Below, one piece after another: positions 57,346 through 64,000 of a DNA stretch of 64,000 nucleotides (within the stretch, counting starts at the first letter, position 1; each line of letters starts with the position of its first letter). The notes beneath the pieces are model-generated. The model was not told the DNA's origin and searched no databases. It saw only the letters and a program-made list of their open reading frames with translations. The position numbers and the translations under genes were made by a program. The stretch spans positions 4,256 through 68,255 of the forward strand of contig CAYXBB010000005.1 in NCBI GenBank assembly GCA_964463285.1. Direction: 5' to 3'. The stretch is from an uncultured Syntrophomonadaceae bacterium. GTDB taxonomy: Bacteria; Bacillota; Dethiobacteria; DTU022.

Positions 57346-57911
57346 CGTCCTCCTTTTATCAGGCTCATTACCTCTTCCCGGGAGCTGGCATTGCTGCGAA
57401 ATAACCCCCGGACTGCAGAAGTAACAGTGACCGCCCCCGGTTTGTTAACCCCTCGAATACTCATGCACAGGTGTTCAGCTTCTAACACCACTACCACCCC
57501 CTTGGGAGTGAGCTGTTCATTTATAATGTTGGCTACAGTGCTGGTGAGGCGTTCTTGCAGTTGGGGTCGCCGGGAAACGATATCGATTACCCGGATCAGT
57601 TTGCTTAGGCCTACTATTCGCCCTTCTGTAGGGATATAGGCCACGTGGGCTTTCCCGTAAAATGGGAGCAGATGATGTTCGCAGATTGAACTAAAGGGAA
57701 TATCTTTTACCAGGATCATCTCATCATGTCTGTCAGCCTGGAAACAGGTTCTGAGGGGATCTCCGGGGTTTTGTTCCAGCCCGGAAAACAACTCGCTGTA
57801 CATTTTGGCTACTCGCTGCGGAGTGTTACGCAAACCTTCCCGGTGTAGATCTTCACCGATCGCCTCCAGAATTAGCTTTACTGCCCGGACAATTTTTTTT
57901 TGATCAATCAC
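57342..57911 (-). CDS. folE: GTP cyclohydrolase I
   Basis: [22 protein letters not shown] signature. Confidence 0.95.
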   Translation of the reverse strand: MIDQKKIVRAVKLILEAIGEDLHREGLRNTPQRVAKMYSELFSGLEQNPGDPLRTCFQADRHDEMILVKDIPFSSICEHHLLPFYGKAHVAYIPTEGRIVGLSKLIRVIDIVSRRPQLQERLTSTVANIINEQLTPKGVVVVLEAEHLCMSIRGVNKPGAVTVTSAVRGLFRSNASSREEVMSLIKGGR

Positions 57912-57927
57912 GACCGCTCCCTCACTT

Positions 57928-59334
57928 TCAGAACATTAATGTCTGAGGCAAAAATATTACCAACGTGTGGAGCAGTGCGCAGGACAGGACATTTTCAGTG
58001 CGAAAGTACAAAAATCCTAGTATAGCTGCCAAGCCTGGCTCCAACACGATAATCTCTACATAGGTAAACGGGTAAGAAAGCATCCAGGGGGCGGTTACAA
58101 AATAAGTCCCCGCCCGGATTGCCCCTGCCAGCAAGGCTGTTGCCAACAGTCCACCCGCAGGGCCTAACTGCCTCCCTAAAATATTTTGTATAAAACCTCT
58201 CCAAAGCATTTCCCGGGATAGCCCCAGGCAGAAAAAAATGGTTATAAATATGGCTATAGTATGTCGGCCTTCTAGCCGAATTCCTTGAGGAAGCCTAAGG
58301 ATGGTGGTTAAGAGCATAACTGCTGCCATTATTGCAATAAAATAACCCCGCTTGAAGGTGCCCCGGTCTATTCCCAGTTCAAGGTGGTTGATTTTTCCAG
58401 CTTTTAAAAGGGCAAACAGCAGAAAAATTGCTGCCCCATAGCCGATCGAGAGCACTGCTTCCGGAAGGCGGGCTGTTCCGGGAAGGATCTCTCCTCCGAA
58501 AGCCATTGCTCCGGTTACCAATACCGCCCCCAGTTCCCACCCCCCGGCGAGTGTGTTCTGTCTTTCTTTCCAATGGCTGGAATAGCGATGATCCAGGGAA
58601 AGGATAAGCACCACCAGCCAAATAATAAGGTAAAACATAATATACAACAGCCCGGAAATATATACTGGTCCGCCGGCTTGATTTTGCACCGGTGGCCATA
58701 CCGGATCTCCCTGTTGGTCAATAAAGTAGTAATAGGACGCTGATTTGGAAGGGGGAAATGAAAACGGGATTTTGTTTGACCATATCACCGGTAATCCCGG
58801 TTGCCGGTTAAAGAGGTCATTAACCGCTGCATCAATTTCAGGATCTTCCACCGGGATAAAAATTATATCTTTTTTAATCTTTTCTAACTCTTCTTCGGTA
58901 ATCATTAAGAAAATCCCTTCCGGGTATTCCATCGAATTTACTGATAAAGACTCGGGATCCGGTACAAGGCTTTGGTTTCCGTCCACACCCGGTAGTTCCA
59001 GACCATTTTTATCCTCATATATTTCCCGGCCCAGTATAAGGGCGGCCTTCTGCTTTTCTTGTTCATAGACCGGAACGATAATTCCCCCTTCAGGAAATGA
59101 AAGATGAAGATCATAAAATGAGAAAGACCAGGGTTCAAATTCATAGCTTCTTTTAATCTGATAAGTGGGAGGGGGGGTTCCTAAAGATTCCGGAAAAGAG
59201 GTTGCCAGCAAAAACACGGCCAATACCAGAACGAATATTGCCGCCAGCAACAGCAATAATTTAACCAGGTAATTAAACTTACCGATTCTTGCAAGCAGCA
59301 TTATTCTTTTTTCCCCCCTGCTTTTTCTAGCCAT
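57928..59334 (-). CDS. CPBP-family (CAAX/Abi) intramembrane protease with ~200-aa extracytoplasmic N-terminal domain
   Basis: N-terminal TM. C-terminal multi-TM region with the EMLWRGF (EExxxR) CPBP motif. Confidence 0.7.
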   Translation of the reverse strand: MARKSRGEKRIMLLARIGKFNYLVKLLLLLAAIFVLVLAVFLLATSFPESLGTPPPTYQIKRSYEFEPWSFSFYDLHLSFPEGGIIVPVYEQEKQKAALILGREIYEDKNGLELPGVDGNQSLVPDPESLSVNSMEYPEGIFLMITEEELEKIKKDIIFIPVEDPEIDAAVNDLFNRQPGLPVIWSNKIPFSFPPSKSASYYYFIDQQGDPVWPPVQNQAGGPVYISGLLYIMFYLIIWLVVLILSLDHRYSSHWKERQNTLAGGWELGAVLVTGAMAFGGEILPGTARLPEAVLSIGYGAAIFLLFALLKAGKINHLELGIDRGTFKRGYFIAIMAAVMLLTTILRLPQGIRLEGRHTIAIFITIFFCLGLSREMLWRGFIQNILGRQLGPAGGLLATALLAGAIRAGTYFVTAPWMLSYPFTYVEIIVLEPGLAAILGFLYFRTENVLSCALLHTLVIFLPQTLMF

Positions 59335-59478
59335 GAGTTTTAAATTTCGACTCGATTCACGTTATTCCTGCCGGAAAATCAGCAAGATATTTGGCCCTTT
59401 TCAAAGGAATGAGGTTTTGATATAGTATTTTAGACGTATAACTTCAACCGTGTATTTTAAGGAGGCTATATGTAAACC

Positions 59479-60258
59479 ATGCTACTGGCTATCGATGTAG
59501 GAAATTCTAATATTATGCTGGGAGTATTTGATCGGAGCCGAATTGTAGCCAACTGGTATGTTCCCACCCATCCCGATAGCACCCCGGATGAAATGGGAAT
59601 CATGGTTAAAAATTTACTACGGGAAAACAGTCTATCGGATAAGGATATTACAGCCATTATTGTTTCCTGCGTGGTGCCTCCCCTGCTGACCTCCTTGGAC
59701 AAGATGTCTCGTAAATATTTTTTGGTGGAACCTTTAATCATAGGGCCGGAGATTAAAACCGGTCTAAATATCCTGGTGAATAACCCCCGGGAAGTAGGGG
59801 CCGATCGCATTGTAAATGCGGTGGCCGGATATTATTTTTATGGTGGACCGTTAATTATCGTGGATTTCGGCACGGCTACCACTTTTTGTGCCATCTCCGA
59901 TAAAGGTGATTACCTGGGAGGGGTGATTGCTCCGGGCGTAGGTATTTCCACCCAGGCATTATTTGCCAGGGCGGCCAAATTACCGCGAGTTGAACTGGTT
60001 AAGCCGCGCCGGGTAATCGGCAAAGATACCATAACCGGAATGCAATCCGGGGTAATTTATGGTTTTGCCGGCCAGGTTGATGGAATCGTTCGCCGGATGT
60101 CCGTAGAGCTATCTGCGGAACCCTTTGTGGTGGCTACCGGAGGCTACGCCGAATATATTTCTTCGGAATCAGAAACTATAAAGCAGGTTAACCCTTTATT
60201 AACCCTGGAAGGCCTGCGGCTGATCCATGAAAAAAATCGCGGTTCTGAATGTTTATAG
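59479..60258 (+). CDS. coaX: Type III pantothenate kinase
   Basis: LLAIDVGNSN...GADR...DFGTATT signatures. Confidence 0.95.
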   Translation: MLLAIDVGNSNIMLGVFDRSRIVANWYVPTHPDSTPDEMGIMVKNLLRENSLSDKDITAIIVSCVVPPLLTSLDKMSRKYFLVEPLIIGPEIKTGLNILVNNPREVGADRIVNAVAGYYFYGGPLIIVDFGTATTFCAISDKGDYLGGVIAPGVGISTQALFARAAKLPRVELVKPRRVIGKDTITGMQSGVIYGFAGQVDGIVRRMSVELSAEPFVVATGGYAEYISSESETIKQVNPLLTLEGLRLIHEKNRGSECL

Positions 60259-60306
60259 GCCAGGGTGAGGTGTTCCTGGGAATCAATTGGAAAGGGGTGA
60301 AGATCA

Positions 60307-61422
60307 TTGAAGGTGGTAGTGTTGGGCGGAGCGGGAAACATGGGTTCAGAGGCGATCCGGGATCTGTTGACCTATCCGGAGGTGGAACAGGTAACCATTG
60401 CCGGCCGGAATATGGATGCCGCTCATAAATTGGTTTCCCCCCTTGATCAGGGATCCAGACTAAAAATTGAACACCTGGATATTACCTCGCCCGGAGATCT
60501 ACGTAGGGTTCTTACCGGGCACACTGTGGCTGCAGGGGCACTGGGTCCATTTTACCGTTTTGAAAAACCTATTGTAGAGGCGGCTTTACTGGCCGGGGTA
60601 GATTATGTCAGTATTTGTGATGATTACGATGCGGTGGAGGCCGTGTTGCCACTTGATCAGAAAGCCAGGGATCAGGGTCGTAAGATATTAACCGGCCTGG
60701 GATGGACCCCGGGGTTAAGCAATATGTTGGCCTGCAAAGGCTATCGGGAGCTGGAGAATGTAGTTTCTATTAAAATATATTGGGCCGGCAGCGCTGCCGA
60801 TTCTGCCGGGCTTGCGGTAATATTGCATACCCTCCATATATTTCAAGGGAAAGCAGTTTCTTTTCAGGATGGACAACACCTAGAAGTAAAGGCAGGCTCC
60901 GGCCGGGAGGCGGTGGAATTTCCTCCCCCGCTGGGTCGGGTTTATACTTTTCAGGTGGGACATCCTGAACCGGTGACCATTCCACGTTATCTGCCGGGAT
61001 TACACCAGGTTTTTCTAAAAGGCGGCCTAGTTGAAAACTATTTAAACCACCTGGCCAGGCTAATCGGCACTCTTAATCTTTCTAATACCGGGACCAAAAA
61101 ACAGCGGATAGGTCGGTTGGTAAAAGCTCTTTTACCTTTATTCCCTTCAAACAAAAAACGCTCTCTGTCAGGGATCAGGGTGGATATTGCCGGCAGAAGA
61201 GGCAAGAAAAATATTCTGCTAAGTTATACAGCGATAGATAATATGCGCCGGTTAACCGGTATCCCCCTAAGTATTGGAACTTATCTGATGGGCAAAGGGG
61301 AAATTAAGCGCTATGGGGTATTTGGTCCCGAGGCAGAAGGTGCGCTTGATCCGGATAGATTCCTGGAAGAGCTGGCTCGAAGAAAATTGATAGTACATCG
61401 GAGGGAAGAGAGACTGGCCTGA
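60307..61422 (+). CDS. Saccharopine dehydrogenase-like NAD(P)-binding oxidoreductase
   Basis: VVVLGGAGNMGSEAIRDL Rossmann motif. TTG start. Confidence 0.75.
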   Translation: MKVVVLGGAGNMGSEAIRDLLTYPEVEQVTIAGRNMDAAHKLVSPLDQGSRLKIEHLDITSPGDLRRVLTGHTVAAGALGPFYRFEKPIVEAALLAGVDYVSICDDYDAVEAVLPLDQKARDQGRKILTGLGWTPGLSNMLACKGYRELENVVSIKIYWAGSAADSAGLAVILHTLHIFQGKAVSFQDGQHLEVKAGSGREAVEFPPPLGRVYTFQVGHPEPVTIPRYLPGLHQVFLKGGLVENYLNHLARLIGTLNLSNTGTKKQRIGRLVKALLPLFPSNKKRSLSGIRVDIAGRRGKKNILLSYTAIDNMRRLTGIPLSIGTYLMGKGEIKRYGVFGPEAEGALDPDRFLEELARRKLIVHRREERLA

Positions 61423-61433
61423 ATAAAAATAAA

Positions 61434-61522
61434 CAGTACAAGGGGGGGTTCTTTTGTGCGTTTTTAATCCCAGGCATTCTCCAACCCAGTCCGTACGCAC
61501 AAAAAAACCGTCCCTTGTACTG
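61434..61522. repeat. Long imperfect inverted repeat with 28-nt arms (25 Watson-Crick + 1 G:U) and a 32-nt loop
   Basis: CAGTACAAGGGGGGGTTCTTTTGTGCGT ... ACGCACAAAAAAACCGTCCCTTGTACTG. Starts 12 nt after the saccharopine-DH-like stop. Confidence 0.8.
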
Positions 61523-61644
61523 GAGCCTTCTAAATGACTGGCCTCCGGCAAACGGCCATATCATATTTTAAAACCTCGAATTTTATGACCACTGCTCCTT
61601 ATACCAACCTGAACTTAATGTAACATTGGCGGTGATTTATGGTG

Positions 61645-61677
61645 GGCGGTATTTTGTAGAAAATATCGCCTTTTTTT
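61645..61677 (+). terminator. Intrinsic terminator/attenuator GGCGGTATTTT-gtag-AAAATATCGCC-T7, 38 nt upstream of the DUF1659 start codon
   Basis: One mismatch in an 11-bp stem. U7 tail overlaps a TATAAT hexamer. Confidence 0.6.
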
Positions 61678-61715
61678 ATAATGAATTTACCGGTATTTAT
61701 AAAGGAGGTGAAAAG

Positions 61716-61940
61716 ATGGCGGTAACCGTAATCCCCGTTCAGACCCGGTTGCAGTTGAGGTTGCAGGTAGGGGTTGACGATAAGGGCAATCCTAAGTTTG
61801 CTACCAGGAGTTTTTCCAATCTGAAACCCGGTGCCGAAAATGAACAGCTTTTCCTGCTGGGACAGTCTTTAACCGGTCTGCAGGAGCATGACCTGAGCGC
61901 GATTCGTAGGGTAGACGAGGTTGAGCTGGAGGTCAGTTAA
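61716..61940 (+). CDS. DUF1659-family small protein
   Basis: ATG with AAAGGAGGTG RBS. MAVTVIPVQTRLQLRLQVGVDDKGNPKF... The ORF track's upstream extension (from 61626) overlaps the terminator hairpin and is unlikely to be coding. Confidence 0.6.
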   Translation: MAVTVIPVQTRLQLRLQVGVDDKGNPKFATRSFSNLKPGAENEQLFLLGQSLTGLQEHDLSAIRRVDEVELEVS

Positions 61941-61979
61941 GCTTTTAATCACGGTTAATTTACAGAAAGGAGGGATAAA

Positions 61980-62198
61980 ATGGCTCAAACATTGCAGATG
62001 ATTTTTCGAAATGAAGAGGGGCGAAATGTTACTATTTCTATTGCCGATGCAAAAGATGAGCTTGATCCGTTAGATGTAGAAACGGTCATGAACAACATTA
62101 TTAGCGGAAACCTTTTTATAACCCAGGGTGGGGAAATTATTAAAGCAATTCGAGGGCAACTGATTTCCAGGTATGTCCAAACTATTGTGGAGTTCTAG
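61980..62198 (+). CDS. DUF2922-family small protein (usual partner of DUF1659)
   Basis: 72 aa. TLQMIFRNEEGRNVTISIADAKDELDPLDVETVMNNII pattern. RBS AAAGGAGGG. Confidence 0.6.
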   Translation: MAQTLQMIFRNEEGRNVTISIADAKDELDPLDVETVMNNIISGNLFITQGGEIIKAIRGQLISRYVQTIVEF

Positions 62199-62279
62199 CC
62201 CACCGGGCATATCCGATCCTTAATTGCAAATCCCCACGAAACCCTATTAGGAAGCCGCCTTTAACAGGCGGCTTCTCCC

Positions 62280-63392
62280 ATGCCAGGAACACCTCCTTTC
62301 CTGCTTACATATGGTAGTACTACTGATTGTTTAAGGAAGGGAGCAGGGGTGGGAAAAAATAAAAAAAATTTACCCAGGTATGCCTCTACCATGTTTAAAA
62401 AAGCAAATGTTGTAGGGGTAGGGCTAGGTTATCGGGCCAAAGGCGATCAGCAAACCCGGGAACAGGCCATGCTGGTGTTTGTAAGTAAAAAAATGCCTAG
62501 AGAAGAGCTTCAATCAGGGGATCTGGTGCCCCGTTCTGTCCGGGGATCCATTGTGGACGTGGTGGAAATAGGGGAGGTGAAACTTCTATCTGAAAATGAG
62601 GAAGGGGAAAACGATTCCTACCCGGTCAACCGTCTGGGTAGATTGCGCCCGGCCCCGGGAGGGGTTAGTATCGGTCACCGGCGGGTTACCGCCGGCACCC
62701 TGGGGGCGGTAGTAAAAGACAGCGATGGCGAAACCAGGTTGATGCTTTCCAACAACCATGTGCTGGCCAATTCCACTACCGGGGCGGACGGGCGGGCTGC
62801 TGTTGGCGATCCGGTGCTACAGCCGGGCAGTTTTGACGGTGGTAAATATCCGGAAGATATGATCGGGACTCTGGAGAGGTTTATACCCTTACTCCGGACT
62901 CAGCAACATTCGGAGTGCCAGGTAGCCAATTACTGGGAAGGTTTGGTCAACCGTATGCTCTCCATATTATTCCCCCGGTATTCTATATGGCTACAACGCC
63001 AAGATAACCGGGGGAACCTGGTAGATGCCGCTGTGGCCAGGCCACAATCAGAGCAGGATATCCTGGATCAGGTATTGGATATCGGGATAGTAACCGGGCA
63101 GGGCAGTGCTGTTTTGGGGCAAGAGGTAAGGTTTAGCGGGCGAACCAGCGGATATAAGGAGGGCAAAGTTATTGCTACCGACGTTAGTTTATATGTCCAG
63201 CTTACCCCGCTGGAACAGGCTTTTTTTACCGATCAGGTAATAGTCTCCGCTATCTCTCAACCCGGGGATAGTGGTTCCCTGGTGGTTGACCGGGAAAACC
63301 AGGCGGTAGGGTTGCTATTTGCCGGGTCTGATCGGGTTACTATCTGTAATCGGATTGAAAATATATGTCGTTTGCTGGAAATTTGTTTTTAG
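62280..63392 (+). CDS. Trypsin-like (S1 family, HtrA-like catalytic core, no PDZ) serine protease with basic N-terminal region
   Basis: Catalytic triad candidates: His in SNNHVLAN, Asp in LVDAAVAR, Ser in GDSGSLVV. About 90 aa inserted between the His and Asp regions. The start may be GTG at about 62347. Confidence 0.65.
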   Translation: MPGTPPFLLTYGSTTDCLRKGAGVGKNKKNLPRYASTMFKKANVVGVGLGYRAKGDQQTREQAMLVFVSKKMPREELQSGDLVPRSVRGSIVDVVEIGEVKLLSENEEGENDSYPVNRLGRLRPAPGGVSIGHRRVTAGTLGAVVKDSDGETRLMLSNNHVLANSTTGADGRAAVGDPVLQPGSFDGGKYPEDMIGTLERFIPLLRTQQHSECQVANYWEGLVNRMLSILFPRYSIWLQRQDNRGNLVDAAVARPQSEQDILDQVLDIGIVTGQGSAVLGQEVRFSGRTSGYKEGKVIATDVSLYVQLTPLEQAFFTDQVIVSAISQPGDSGSLVVDRENQAVGLLFAGSDRVTICNRIENICRLLEICF

Positions 63393-63396
63393 AACT

Positions 63397-63431
63397 AACC
63401 GGCTGCCTGAGGGAAAACCGGGCAGCCGGTT
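63397..63431. terminator. Bidirectional terminator AACCGGCTGCC-N13-GGCAGCCGGTT between convergent protease and nifJ
   Basis: Perfect 11-bp stem. Confidence 0.7.
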
Positions 63432-63449
63432 AGCAAGGTTAAATGGTTT

Positions 63450-64000
63450 CTATTGGATCCCCGCCAGTTTCTTGTAAAAAAGCAGTCGTTCCTGTATATC
63501 CTGTTCCGCTTGCGCCAGCAGTTGCTCCGCTCTTTCAGGAAATTCTGTTTTCAGTGCCCGGAACCTGACTTCGTTCATAAAGAAATTTTGTGGGCTTTCA
63601 GTAGGTTCTTTGAAATCCAGTATAAAGGGATTCTTACCTTCTCTGGCCAGAAGCGGGTTGTAGCGGTACAGCGGCCAGTAACCGGTTTCCACTGCCAGTT
63701 TTCCTTCCCGTTGACTCCGGTTCATATTAATGCCGTGGTTAATGCATGGCGAATAAGCGATGATCAGCGAGGGGCCCGGGTAGTTTTCTGCCTCTACCAG
63801 CGCCTTTAGCAGTTGGGTTTTGCTGGCTCCCATGCACACCGAGGCTACGTAGACATAACCATAGGTGGAAACCATGATTCCCAGTTCTTTCTTGCGGGTT
63901 TCTTTTCCGGAGGCGGCAAATTTGGCGATAGCCGCAGTGGGGGTGGCCTTGGAAGATTGGCCGCCGGTATTTGAATAGACCTCTGTATCTAAAACCAGAA
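63450..64000 (-). CDS. nifJ: Pyruvate:ferredoxin (flavodoxin) oxidoreductase, single-polypeptide PFOR (C-terminal ~183 aa; N-terminus beyond the right window edge)
   Basis: VYSNTGGQSSKATP...AKFAASGK...MVSTYGYVYVASVCMG...YPGPSLIIAYSPCINHG...GYWPLYRYNP matches the C-terminal TPP domain of PFOR. The frame stays open to position 64000. Confidence 0.85.
   Translation of the reverse strand, partial: LVLDTEVYSNTGGQSSKATPTAAIAKFAASGKETRKKELGIMVSTYGYVYVASVCMGASKTQLLKALVEAENYPGPSLIIAYSPCINHGINMNRSQREGKLAVETGYWPLYRYNPLLAREGKNPFILDFKEPTESPQNFFMNEVRFRALKTEFPERAEQLLAQAEQDIQERLLFYKKLAGIQ

Noticed and set aside
61626-61715. N-terminal extension of the DUF1659 ORF (MAVIYGGRYFVENIAFFYNEFTGIYKGGEK)
   Set aside because: It spans an intrinsic terminator hairpin and a -10 element. 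The internal ATG at 61716 has a perfect SD.

Overview
This window is a replication-origin-proximal housekeeping and sporulation region from an endospore-forming Firmicute, probably Clostridia and Peptococcaceae-like, with roughly 50-55% GC. Gene order closely follows the Bacillus subtilis origin block: tadA-scr-dnaX-yaaK-recR-yaaL-bofA, then tmk-holB-yaaT-abrB-metS-yabD-yabE-ksgA-veg-sspF-ispE, then glmU-prs-ctc-pth-fin-mfd-spoVT-yabM-yabN-hbs, then yabP-yabQ-divIC-yabR-spoIIE-tilS-hprT-ftsH and coaX. Lineage-specific insertions interrupt that order: a four-subunit 2-oxoacid:ferredoxin oxidoreductase (korABCD-like), a T-box-controlled aroF-pheA pair, fhs with a folE-HD-folP-folB-folK operon, and a DUF1659/DUF2922/S1-protease cluster behind a structured leader. 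The first ~1 kb is the right end of an integrated mobile element. It carries an HTH/excisionase-like gene and a partial replication-initiator-like gene, and it abuts a 45-nt fragment of the 3' end of a tRNA-Arg(ACG)-like gene, read as the att repeat. Two tRNA-Ser genes, a 271-nt SRP RNA, a T-box leader, several sigma-A promoters and many intrinsic terminators are visible directly. No CRISPR array, rRNA or transposase was seen. Every family assignment rests on motif recognition by eye; no searches were run.
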